Of a stretch of 43,633 nt of DNA, positions 1 to 11,542 are shown piece after piece. The position numbers and the translations under genes were made by a program. This DNA comes from Peribolospora baueri (lineage: Eukaryota). The stretch spans positions 62,001-105,633 of the forward strand of contig JAMDHS010000072.1 in NCBI GenBank assembly GCA_029717555.1, in the 5' to 3' direction. The stretch's first letter is position 1, and every line of letters begins with the position of its first letter. Under the pieces are notes generated by a model that was not told the DNA's origin, did no database searches, and saw nothing but the letters and a program-made list of their open reading frames with translations.

Positions 1-898
1 CAGTTAGAAAAGGAGGACGTTGCTGCATGGAATACCCGGCCGTCTCGGGAACGACAGGAACGCGAGGGGCATCTGCGTCAGCTGGAGCGGCATACGACCT
101 CCCTGGTGCAGCTGGGCAACGAGACGGTGTTACTGCTCTCGCTCTTCACGGAGCAGACCAAGGAGCCGTTCATGACACCCGAGATCGTTGACCGTCTAGC
201 TGCTATGCTGGACTACAACCTCGATGCGCTCGTTGGACCGCGGTGCACGGAGTTGAAGGTGAAGGACCCCGAGAAGTACCGCTTCCGACCTCGCGAGCTT
301 CTGGGCCACATCTTGCAGGTCTTCCTCAACTTGAGCATGCGATCGGAGTTTGTCGTTGCAGTCGCCAAGGACGGCAGGAGCTACCGGAGGGAGCTGTTCG
401 TCAAAGCTGCCGGTATAGCGTCGAAACATGGACTGAAAAGCCCAGCAGAGATAGAGGAGCTCAAGGTCCTCGTGGACAAGGTTGAGGCAGCGAAGGTGAT
501 GGCGGAGGAAGAGGACGAGATGGACTTGCCGGACGAGTTCCTCGACCCGCTCATGGCCACCTTGATGCGGGACCCTGTCATCCTCCCATCTTCGCGCACG
601 ACCATCGACCGTTCGACCATCAAGAGCCATCTGCTTAGCGATGCCACCGATCCTTTCAACCGCTCCCCACTCAAAATCGAGGACGTAATTCCAGGTGGGT
701 TGTGATGGAACGCTCGCCTTGCGCTGGACTGAGGCGAAGCTGACCCCGTCCATTCCTTCCTTGCGGTCGATTCTCTGTCACTTTTATCCACCGACACGTG
801 TCTTGATCGGTCTTGGTACAGATACTGAGCTCAAGGCGAAGATCGACGCGCACCTATCCGAAAAGAGGAAGGAAAGGCAGGCGGCGGCGGGACTTTGA
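1..898 (+). CDS. UFD2: Ubiquitin conjugation factor E4 (U-box), 3' part; gene starts upstream of the window
   Basis: Frame open from base 1 ([10 protein letters not shown]...). Contains [15 protein letters not shown] and the U-box [53 protein letters not shown] intron 695-821 joins to [12 protein letters not shown]...AAGL*. Confidence 0.95.
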
Positions 899-1219
899 TC
901 GTGCTTGCACGCTCGGTTTTGCAAGGGAATGAACGTGTTTGCGCAGCCCTCGTCTTCTTCCCTGACACGTGGCGCTTGTGCGCGCCTATGCGTCTGTCGA
1001 TGAGACCAGCGAAAGGAAAGGAATGAAACACGTCTTGCTAGACCACTTTTCGATTCCACTCCAATTTATGGTGGAGAGAAACACGCAAAACGCTAGTATC
1101 CCCTCAGACTCCTATGGAGACGAAGGAATCCCTGGTCCAAGAACCATGGGCAGACCGACAAAAGAGTGACGGGGCGGAAAAAAGAATTGAGAGGACCCAA
1201 GAACGTATCCATATACGCG

Positions 1220-1701
1220 ATGACGACGACGACAAAAACGGACGGTCGCGGCCAGCGCGGGAGAGAGAGCCTTACAGCGCGTACCTGAACTGACGCTGGT
1301 TCTGCTTGTCGGTCCTGTCCTTGAACTAGCAGCTGATATGACGACGGCAACGACCCCGACAACAAAGGCGGGCAATGAGAAGAGTCAGATAGATGGGCCG
1401 AGTTCCGTCATTGAGATGATTGAGAAGAGGGTGAAGGACTGCAAGGCTGAATTTGATTGTATAAAGAATATGGAGTGAGTTTCTCTTGCCGGGAGTGCCA
1501 CTTGGGAAGGCCAACTTGCGTGAGAGATGCTCACAGACGTGCTCTTTACACATTTCGACGGGTCGCCCTGCCCTCGCAACAAACATGGTCGTCTCATCTT
1601 CCTTCACTTTTAGCTGGACTAAGGATTACTGGGGCGGTCAACGATGGGCAGAGGACCATCCCCAGGCGATCCTCGAGAAACACCGTTGCGAACTCGTTTA
1701 G
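1220..1701 (+). CDS. Small spliced hypothetical protein; start at 1220 or 1338
   Basis: Intron 1475-1613 (GTGAGT...TTTTAG) joins MTTATTPTTKAGNEKSQIDGPSSVIEMIEKRVKDCKAEFDCIKNM in frame to DWTKDYWGGQRWAEDHPQAILEKHRCELV*. A possible 49-nt intron 1281-1329 links it to ATG 1220. No homology recognised. Confidence 0.4.
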
Positions 1702-2147
1702 ACCTGCGTGTACGATGTACCAGTATGTAAGGGTGGCCTGCTGCCATTCCCTCGCCTTGCGGGCGTAAGAAAGCATGCACGCTATACTACCCGCGGCGCC
1801 TACAAGCCATTTGGTAGGCTTAGTCCCGTCCTCAAAGCCTTGCACGCCAGCTCGCCTGCTTTGCGAAGTTAGGACGATAGCCTTGAGGGTCGATCAATGT
1901 CACTTACAACTCGGATGACCTTGGACCGCGGTAATACAGCAGGAGCAACTCTTCGCTACATCTACACACCGCCAGATCCAGCCGAGCCGAGAATACAAAG
2001 TAGACTGGGCACTTCTTCCTCATTTTCTCCGCGCCAAAGGTTTCGAACGATGAGACTAAAGCGCCCTCTCTTCGTTTTCATCCTTCTCGCACACCCTCTC
2101 CAACTGAGATGGCGTCGTGCTTTGCCTGCGTATTTTCACATCATCCC

Positions 2148-2265
2148 GTTCTCCGTTTAAGCGTATGTTAGAGATGAGCGTTTAAGCATATCACTCATAT
2201 GCTCATATGCTTAAACGCATGATATGCTTAAACGCTCATCTCTAACATACGCTTAAACGGAGAAC
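2148..2265. repeat. Perfect inverted repeat (46-bp arms, 26-nt spacer); foldback/MITE-like
   Basis: 2148-2193 GTTCTCCGTTTAAGCGTATGTTAGAGATGAGCGTTTAAGCATATCA is the exact reverse complement of 2220-2265. Confidence 0.95.
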
Positions 2266-2648
2266 AGAGATGAGTCTCTAACCATGACCAATCAATCCAA
2301 GACGAAGGACGGATTTGCCTGAGGAGGAGATATGCAAAATAGGGAGCAACGTTAAGGCGAAACCGAAGGTTGAGCGTCGAGGTGGTGATCGTAGGCAACG
2401 AGACTACCGTTGTAACCCGTGCCTCGCAACGCAAGAGGAAACAGGGTCGAGAAGACAAATGGAAAGGGCCGTCAAGGAAAAGCGAACGTTGGGTTGCGTA
2501 TCAAACTAATAAAGAGGGGTTTAAAGGCCGGGTATATCGTCTGGCCAGCGAGTGCGGTCCCTCTTCTTTAAACAGCTGGACCATGGATGCTCGAAGGTCG
2601 GGACTTGACATCGCCAGCCGGAGCGGCTAAGCAACCTCATCGAAGCAC

Positions 2649-4864
2649 TTAGTTATGCTTCCAGTAGATGATGTCTCCATCTTGGACTGAGATCCGACGA
2701 AGCCAAAATAAAAAAGGAACGAAATAGGGCGGTGAAGAGGCAGGTCAATCTCAAAGCCTTCGAAAACGGCCCTACAAGCCAAGACAGTACAAAGGTGCCG
2801 AGGAAGACGAGAGCTCTAGAAGCGCCGGACTGCACGTACCCTCGTACGGCTTGCCCTTCTGAGCCAACTTGCCGGCTGCCTTGACCGCGCTTTCGCTGCC
2901 AAGCTCCTTGATATCGTCGAACGTCATCACGTCGGCACTGATGAACCTGTCCAATGTGAACAGAGCATGATAGATCAAGATGAGAACAAATTCAAATAAA
3001 GATGCCAAATTACGTGTGGCGGCAAAAGGATGTCTCCAAACACGCACTTGTCTTGGAAGTCGGAGCTATCGCGGGGAGGAGGGGGGTAGAGTAACGGCGG
3101 AGATGGAAAGAAGTGCATTAGATATGCATGCGAATGCACAGAGCGGAGGCGTCTGTGACGAAGGGGGTCTCACTGGATAACACCGGCGGCCTGTGGCGCC
3201 TTGGTTGCCTCCCGAATGGTCCATGCTCGCACCTCGTCGGGCCCGCAAGTGAAGTAACGGATGAGGTCCAGGCTCTGGTAACCGGCGGTGGTGATCTTGC
3301 CGAGGGCGGAAGTGGCGCCCAGGTTCTTGAGCTCCTCCTCGCGAGCGGCATCGTCGGGAAGGTTCGTCAATCGCTCTTCGAGGGCGACGGAGAAAGGGAT
3401 GAGCAGGTCTCCTGGGTTATTCTCGTCGATCCACGCCTTGATTTTCGGCAACCACTTGTTTTTCTTTCGGATGTAGTCCCTCTCGCTCAGGTTCAGCAAG
3501 TAAGTGACTGGCTTGGCGGTAAGGAGCATGAGAGAGTTGACCACATCGATCTGGCAGGCACCATGACGAAGGGTCGAAGAAGAGGTCAGCCACAGTTCGA
3601 AAGACTGCACTCATAGCGTATCGTGTCACGCCGCTGAACAGTCAACGCCTCGAAAAAAATCAGACAAGACATTCATCTCAAAGACCGTTTCCTAGGCGGT
3701 CTCGTCGAGCTGGGTTAATATGTCGAGCGCTAGCGCTCTTTGTCATCATTGAAAGGGAGGCAACAGCTCCCAAGAAACCAAAAAGTTGGGGAGCTCGAAA
3801 CGAAAGGACGGCACCGGTGCCTACCGCACTCACCTCCTTGTTGGTCCACTCGACCTTGCGTACATCTTTCTTCTCATCCGTGAGCACCTTCAGGATCTTC
3901 TCCGCCGTTGCCAAAGCCTCCTTCTTAGCCTTGTCGGCCAGAGAGCTGTTCCCTGCGCTACGCACAACCTTGCGTTGCTGTTCAATGTGCTTCTCCACCC
4001 ATTCGATGTCCTTGAGACGTAGCTCGTTTTGGATGATCGCCATGTCTCGCACCGGATCCACGTCTCCTTCCACGTGAATGACCTCCGCATCGTCGAAGAC
4101 TCCTATTAATTGGCAATAGCAAACGGTCAGGCAGCTATTCAATGAGATCCTTCTATTTTCGACTTAAAAGAACAGCCGAGCACTCACGGATGACCTGGAA
4201 AATACCGTCCACCGCCCGGACGTGGCTCAAGAAAGCGTTGCCGAGGCCGGCACCAGTGGACGCGCCGGCCGTAAGGCCAGCAATGTCAATGCACGTCAGG
4301 AAGGCAGGCACTCTTGATGCAGGCTTGTAGAGTTCACAGAGCCACTCGAAGCGGGCGTCCGGGACGGGCACGCGGGCCTCCTCCGGGTCAATGGCTGGAG
4401 TCGGATGTAGAAGGAAGATCGCGTTACAAGCGTCGGCAAGGCGTAGCAGGCTTCATATGGACGGGACGGAAGATTCGAAAGAGAGAGAAGCGGGGGAACG
4501 CACTTGCATACGGAAAGTTGGCCGACTTGCCCAAGTCGCACTTTGCGATGACGTTGAAGAGCGAGCTCTTTCCGACGTTGGGCATGCCGACGATACCGAC
4601 CTTGAGGTTGTTGGACGGTCTGCCGAGACGCTGCTTCTTCTCAGCGGTGGGAGCCTTCTTGGGTGCCATCTTGGGTGCTCGGCGTTTTGTGCGGAAAGGT
4701 GGAGATGAGTGGAGCGGGCGAAGGGAAAGTTGCGGTACGCGAGAGGTGACGAGACGGGGGCAAGTGACAGGTGCGCGGGCGGAATAGGTCTGGATGAGCG
4801 GCCGAGTTGCAATGTGGTATCGTGATAGAGTGGTAGTTGGAAGTGAAGAGAAACGCTTGAACAT
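2649..4864 (-). CDS. OLA1: Obg-like ATPase (YchF/OLA1 family); core ATG at 4669, in-frame upstream ATG at 4864
   Basis: [13 protein letters not shown]-loop, [35 protein letters not shown]...[22 protein letters not shown]. Exons 4669(4864)-4504, 4394-4188, 4102-3834, 3550-3174, 3065-3048, 2946-2840, 2686-2649, all GT-AG. Confidence 0.96.
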
Positions 4865-5103
4865 TCAATCGAGCCCTGTCGTCGCTGTCCTGTCGAGGGA
4901 GAAGTGTGTTGGCATGAGGAGCTCATCTAGCCAGCGCTCGTGGTGGTGAGCGCCTGGAACAAACTTCTTCGAGGGCTGGATCTGATTCCCACGCGGCGCA
5001 GAAACACCTTTCTTCCACGTGGCCCGACCCGGCGACGCGAGCTGGACGCGTAAAGTGGTTCTACAACAAGTCTGTCTCGTACCGAATCGGGACAGCGTCT
5101 CAC
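4865..5103. promoter_or_regulatory. Compact divergent promoter with three ACGCG (MCB-like) motifs
   Basis: About 240 bp between divergent ATGs at 4864(-) and 5104(+). ACGCGG 4991-4996, ACGCGA 5035-5040, ACGCGT 5046-5051. Confidence 0.35.
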
Positions 5104-7218
5104 ATGTCACCACCACCCGGGCAAAATCTATCCCAGAATGGGCCGGGACTGGGTTCGTCGGGCCTGCTTCGCCCCATGCCCGACCGGCTGCAGGCGCTCG
5201 TGGATAACTACTGGGACGAAGGCCACTGTGAGCTTCTCAATCGGCAGGTGGTGGAGCAGAAGAGGTGGGGGATGGCTCATGTTTACGCCATAAACCTTCT
5301 GTCGTTGCGCTTATGGAAACGGCGCTGCACACAGTCGATGAGGGCGTGGATCTTCTAGATGAGCTGCGCTGTCAAATGTTCTTCCCTTCCAAGTGAGCGG
5401 CAGGTGCGGCTCGGACGCGAAAGAGTAGGGGACCGTGCCGCTGAAGCTATATCGCTCCTCACAATCCATGGGTACGACGGGACAGCTCTCATATTCACCA
5501 ACTCGTCATCCTGGCCCTTGCATCCCCGATGCGGTCTCTCCGTGAACCAGTTCACGTCAAGTCCGAACCGGACGTGGAGGATCTCTCAGCTCTTGCCTCC
5601 ACTTCCATGGCCTCGATCCGACAGAGCGACAGACACCCTCGTCCCTCTCATACCGCCGTCTCCGCCGCTCTGAGGTGTTTGTACCGTCTCGTCTCCACGA
5701 ATGGAGCAAAGAGAGTGGCTGAGGCTCTTCCGAGCGCGGACAAGCGGGCGATGAGCAGGGACAGGCGCAGTGTGAGGCGGAACAACGAAAGCAGCGGTTG
5801 GCATGGAGGTGAAGAGGAGGCTGTTTCTGCGCTCGCACAGTATGCTCGGAGAGTGGCTGATTGCACGGACATGTGGGACTTGCTCGTTCTTCCGCCCTTT
5901 ACTGGCGAAGTGGGGCGTTACGGAGGCAGCGCGCCGATCAAAGGGAGCAGGATGGGAGGGCGGACCTTGAGGAACACAAGGGCGTGCCGTTCGGGCAAAG
6001 AGGACCGCCGGAGAGCTTGGGCCCTGTTGGAGTGGATGGTCGAGTTGTGGGAGAGGGATGCGAAAGACGAACAAACTCGACCAGCTGGGGAGGCGGGGAA
6101 TGCCGCGGCCAGAGGTGAGTCGCCGTCAGAGGAACTGGAGACGCGTCACGGAGAACCGTCTTGATCATTTTTTTGCTGCTATCTGTCAGCCAGCACCCCC
6201 TATTCCCCGCTTCTCGTGACGCAATTCCAGCCAACATATGATCCGCGCCAACCTCGCACAGAGATGTACAAGGCACTGGACTTTGTCTTTGAAGGACTTC
6301 GGCGACACGAGTCCGACGCGAATAGTGGTACCGAAGGTACAGGGACGTCAAAGCAGGTCAAGTTGAAGGGGCTGTTCGCGGATCGCATGGAGACAACTCT
6401 GCGATTACTGAATCTGGTGAGCGGGGAATGACCCTTCCCAAGACCAGGATAGCCTATTTTCACCGCTTTTCTTGTCGCTGAAATAAATGCGTGTTACGCG
6501 GTGTGCCTCCAGCTGATGGACGCATGTGAAGCAAGCCAACTCGATCGTTCTACTTTGCTTCGGGCCGTCCATTACAGGATGGCACGTCTTAACGACGAGG
6601 ATGCGAACCAACTTGCGCTAGTGAGTATTAGCATTTTCTAGACCTGCTGATCTAACTTCGCCTCGCCTCGACTGCTAACATGCATGCCGTCCATGTTCAC
6701 GTTCTAAAAGGCGCTTGGAGACCGATTTGATCGGTCATGATTGCTCGCTCCGTTCACCCCTCGGCAACCCCTTCGCGCAAGGATGTCTAAGCGGTCGTTG
6801 TGGTAACTTTTCCTTTCGCTCCTTCATCGGAGTGGCCCATGTTGGAGTGTAAGACCAGATCCTCCCTCTGGGGCGTTCGCCCGTCTCGAAGCGATTCAGT
6901 CGCCTTCCTTCGACATACGAGGATGACGGGATACGAAGGCCAACCTGCCCTGTTCCCGGTCCTGGAAAGAGGCTAGGCAGGATATGGTCGAGACTAGATA
7001 ACCACAGGTCCATGCTTCCATGTCTGCTTTCACTGCTCGTTCCTAAAAAAAGGCCGCTGGCATCGCTGCGTCGTCATAGCTGCAGACCTTTCCACTCGTC
7101 CGTGGACAGCTGGCGAGGAGAAAGGTGGCGGGAGGGAAAGCACTGTACTGGGAGAGCCCCGTCATTAGGGTCATGCAGTGAGATGGATGGCTGCCAGCGT
7201 GATGTTGTATTCGAGTAG
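5104..7218 (+). CDS. Multi-exon hypothetical protein, probably alpha-helical; 3' end uncertain
   Basis: Intron 5228-5334 gives ...YWDEGH/FDEGVDLLDELRCQMFFPS. The next intron gives SHIHQLVILALASP...AALRCLYRLVSTNG...DMWDLL...AWALLEWMVELWERD, followed by exon YSPLLVTQFQP...YKALDFVF. Phases fit canonical splice sites. Confidence 0.7.
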
Positions 7219-7556
7219 GCGACGCCACCGGTCTGAATGAATATTCGACGTGACCGTGATTCGACACTGCGGTGAGCGGCGTGGCTTCCCACGGACAAGA
7301 CGCGACGCTGGCTGGCTGTGGCGCAGCAGCGGCGGCGGCACCAACACGATCCATCTGGACAGCGACCACGTCCAACTACTTCCTCCCACTCCCTTACACA
7401 CCACCTCAGCTTAAGCATCGCCTCGTTCCTTTCCTTCGGATACATACGTTTGTGGACTGCACCTCCCTTTCTTCCCATCTCTCACCATCTGCCTCTCCCC
7501 TTGCTCGACACGCACTCGCACCTACGCAAAGGAGACATAGGGAAAGAGAGAACGGC

Positions 7557-10500
7557 ATGGATCAGGGGTTGATCAAGCTTATCAACAAGGTGAGCCCGCC
7601 TGAGCCTGGCTGTCTTCGTCATCGACCCTCCCCCCTGCTACTTGCCATTGCGCTTGCGAGGCATTCGACGCTGCTACAGCGGCGGAACCGGCCGCTGCCT
7701 TCTAGTCGCTGCCGGCGGCGGTCGGATGGATAGTGCACCGTCAGTGGTAGCAGTGCAGCAACTTGGATGCGTGCTCACTCGCTCACCTTCTTTACCCTTC
7801 ACTCCCTCTTTCTTGTTGTCCTTGCCTCTCTGTGCAATAGCTTCAAGATGCGTTTGCTACCGTGGGCATTGCCAACCCAGTGGATCTACCTCAAATAACG
7901 GTGCTGGGAAGCCAATCGAGGTAAGCGCCGCCACTTCCCGTTCCAGTTGGCGACTGGACCAGCTGCGCTGGCTGTTTATTCGTTCAACGGACGGCATGAC
8001 TCATGGTGCTATATTTTTGTTGCTGTTAATGTCTCTCAGTGGCAAGTCTTCGGTGTTGGAGGTGAGTGTGGCGTCGAAAGCAGATCCGCATCGCGATTCT
8101 CAACGTCCTGTCTCTTGGCACAGAATATCGTGGGCCGTGACTTCTTGCCGCGAGGCACTGGAATCGTCACCCGTAGACCTCTGGTGAGTGCTTTTTCCTG
8201 TAACTCTCATGGACGGTGCCAGCTACAAGTACTGATCTAGCCTTGAGCCTCGTTGCCGTCACTTCGCATCTTCCCTCAAAGGTCCTCCAACTGATCCACC
8301 GACCAGCTACTTCTAAGGCCGCGGCAAACGGCACAACGACAGCAGATGGTGAGCACGTCCTCCTGGGAGAATACACTTCCTTGACCAAATCAGATGGACC
8401 GACCAATCTGTGTCTATCCTCGCGCATTCATTCCTCAGGCGCGTTGCCGAAATCGGGGGCGAACGAGGACAACCCGGACGAGTGGGGAGAGTTCCTTCAT
8501 CTGCCTGGGGAGAAATTCTATGACTTCCAAAAAATCCGTGAAGAGATCGTCCGGGACACGGAAGTCAAGACGGGCAAGAATGCCGGCATCTCTCCACAGC
8601 CCATCAACTTGCGCATCTTCTCACCCAAAGTGCTCACGTTGACGCTAGTCGACTTGCCCGGTCTGACGAAGGTTCGTGGTCTATGTTTCTCTCCCACGAA
8701 TCCGACCGAAGCACCTTGTGGCTCATCAGCGTGGCCGTGGTTTCCTCGTCACTAGGTTCCCGTCGGCGATCAACCTCGTGACATCGAGCGTCAAATCCGT
8801 GACATGCTGCTCAAGTACATCGCCAAGCCGAATGCCATCATTCTGGCCGTCACCGCTGCCAACACGGACCTGGCAAATTCGGATGGACTCAAGCTGGCGC
8901 GGGAGGTGGATCCGGATGGTGTGAGGACGATCGGTGTACTGACGAAGGTGGACTTGATGTGAGTGTGGTATTTTGCGCAGGAATGGGGCTGGCAAGGACG
9001 GCTAGCATACCTGATCACTGAAATTTTTGCAAACGCAACTTCACATTCGACAGGGACGAGGGCACGAACGTCATCGACATTCTTGCCGGCAGAATTATTC
9101 CTCTCCGGTTGGGCTATGTCCCCGTCGTCAACCGCGGTCAGCGAGACATCGAACAGAAAAAGGCCATCTCGGCTGCGCTCGAGGCCGAGAGGGAGTTCTT
9201 CGCAACCCATTCCGCTTACTCCTCAAAGAGCGCGTACTGTGGCACGGCATACTTGGCGCGCAGACTGAACCAGCTTTTGATGCATCACATTCGTGCCACT
9301 TTGCCCGACATCAAGCAGCGTATCTCTCAGCAGCTGGCCAAGTATCAGCAGGAGCTGCAGAGCCTAGGGGGTCCGCTGGGCGACGCCAACTCGGGCTCGG
9401 TGGTGCTATCCATCATCACCGAGTTCACCAACGAGTTCCGCACCGTGATCGATGGCAGCGCAAATGATCTGAGTCTCAACGAACTCGCGGGAGGCGCTAG
9501 AATCAGCTTCGTCTTCCACGAGCTGTTCAGCAACGGCGTCCGGTCGATCGACCCCTTCGAAGAAGTCAAGGACATTGACATTCGCATTCTCCTCTACAAC
9601 TCGTCTGGATCCAGCCCAGCCCTGTTCGTCGGGACCACCGCGTTCGAGAACATCGTCAAGCAACAGATCAAGCGCTTGGAGGAGCCTTCGCTCAAATGTG
9701 CCGTGTTGATTTACGACGAACTTGTTCGCATCCTCACACAATTGCTTAACAAGAACGTGAGTCTTTTTTCGGCCCTCCTGTAAACCGCTTCCTGAAGCCA
9801 TGTTCCTTGCGCGTCCTCGGCGGTCACACAGCAAGCGTTCAAGCGCTATCCCATGCTCAAGGAGAAGTTCAGCTCTGTCGTCATCACCTTCTTCAAGCGC
9901 GCCATGATGCCCACGAACACCTTCGTGAGCGATATCATCGCGTGAGTTGGTCGTTCGCCGCTGTCAGAAGAAATGGTTCATATGGTTGATCCGATCTACT
10001 AACGGGCTCGGTCCTGCCGTGATTCGTTCCGCAACATAGCGCGCAAGCCTGCTACCTGAACACGGGCCACCCGGACTTCATCTCGGGACACAAGGCCATG
10101 TCGATCGTTAACGATCGTCTCCACCCACCTCAGCCAGCGCCGCCTCCGGACGCCAAAGGCAAGCCGCAGACGAACGTTGCGAACAACGGGAGGGACATGG
10201 ACGTGGACGTCAAGGAGCCCCAGGGCTTCTTTGGGAGCTTCTTCACCGGGAAGAACAAGCCGAAGAAGGGTACCTTGGAAGCTGTGAGTTGTTGGTTCTC
10301 TCTGTCTGGATCGACTTGGCGGTATACGGGCTTCCCCGTGGCTGCTGGCTGACGTTGTGATTGTCGACACTTTTTCGTTTGATAGCCCCCTGCTTCCATC
10401 AAGGCATCCGGAGCGCTGACGGACCGGGAAACGGTGGAGACCGAAGTCATAAGTGCGTATCTTGGGCGCCTATTCCTTTGTCGGTGGCTTGGGCTCGTTG

Positions 10501-11122
10501 AATTGCTGTGCGGAGACGCGACGGTGTCGCTCATACGCGTATTGTCTTTTCTTTTTTCCTCGCCCCCCATTCTCTCTCGCCATCGTTCAGAGCTGCTCAT
10601 CACGGTGAGTCGTGCGCCGAACCCGGACCGTGCCTGGCGAGCGGCGTCTGATTCATCTTCCTCTATGTGCTTGTCGCTTCGCTCGACGTCCACAGAGTTA
10701 TTTCAACATTGTGAAGCGGGACGTGATCGACTCGATACCGAAAGCGATCACGCTGAAGCTGTGAGAAAGGTTCCCTTGCGGTGCCGTGACGACTGAGCGC
10801 TTTGCTCTGACCCTGTTTCCTCCTCTCTGCCACCCCTACCTAGTGTGGCTTTCTCGAAGGAGAACCTGCAGAAAGAGCTGTTGGGCGAGCTGTACAAGGC
10901 CGAGGTGTTGGATGGTGAGTCGGTCGTCGACCCTCCGTTTTCTTTCCGCGCGCTTCGTCGATCGATCTGAGGAGACTGATCGCGATGCTTTCTTTTCACC
11001 GCCTTGCACCATTGGCTCCAGACCTGATGAAAGAGTCCGATTTCGTCGTCAACCGGCGTCGGGAGTGTATCAAGATGGTGGCGGCGCTGGAGAACGCTCA
11101 GGAGATCGTTGCGACGGTCTGA
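7557..11122 (+). CDS. VPS1: Dynamin-like GTPase Vps1
   Basis: [16 protein letters not shown]...[67 protein letters not shown], and GED region [28 protein letters not shown]...RRRECIKMV. Many GT-AG introns. Confidence 0.95.
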
Positions 11123-11542
11123 TGATGGAACTTTTGGAAGGAACCGCGCGCGGGCACGAGCACGAGCAACGAGGGTTTGGCTTGGCGGGGTCGTCACTTC
11201 CGGGTCTGGTCCGGGTCTGGGTGGAATCTGGTCGCGTCGGGTCGATCTATCTATGTACAGTATAGGGCGGGTCCGACCCGTCCGTACTCGTACTCGATCG
11301 ATCGATCTGGCGGGGTCTTGTTGGATGGTCCGTCGGCTCTCGCTCTCGCTCTCGCTACCGTAGAACGAACGTCCATTTCCCGTTCGTCCCCACTCTATCC
11401 CCACATGTTGCCTTCTTTTTTTCTTCTTGTCATGTCATGTCATATCCTGTCATGCCCGTCTTTTTTCCCTTTTTCTCTAATATCACTTGCGTGCACATTC
11501 TCGCCGGTCTCTCGGTAGTGCGTCGTGAATGGAAAGGCTGGT

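Noticed and set aside
2148..2265. Palindrome as a CRISPR repeat, tRNA or Harbinger MITE with TTA/TAA target duplication
   Set aside because: No repeat-spacer array and no cloverleaf. The internal TTA...TAA are part of the inverted symmetry, not a direct duplication.
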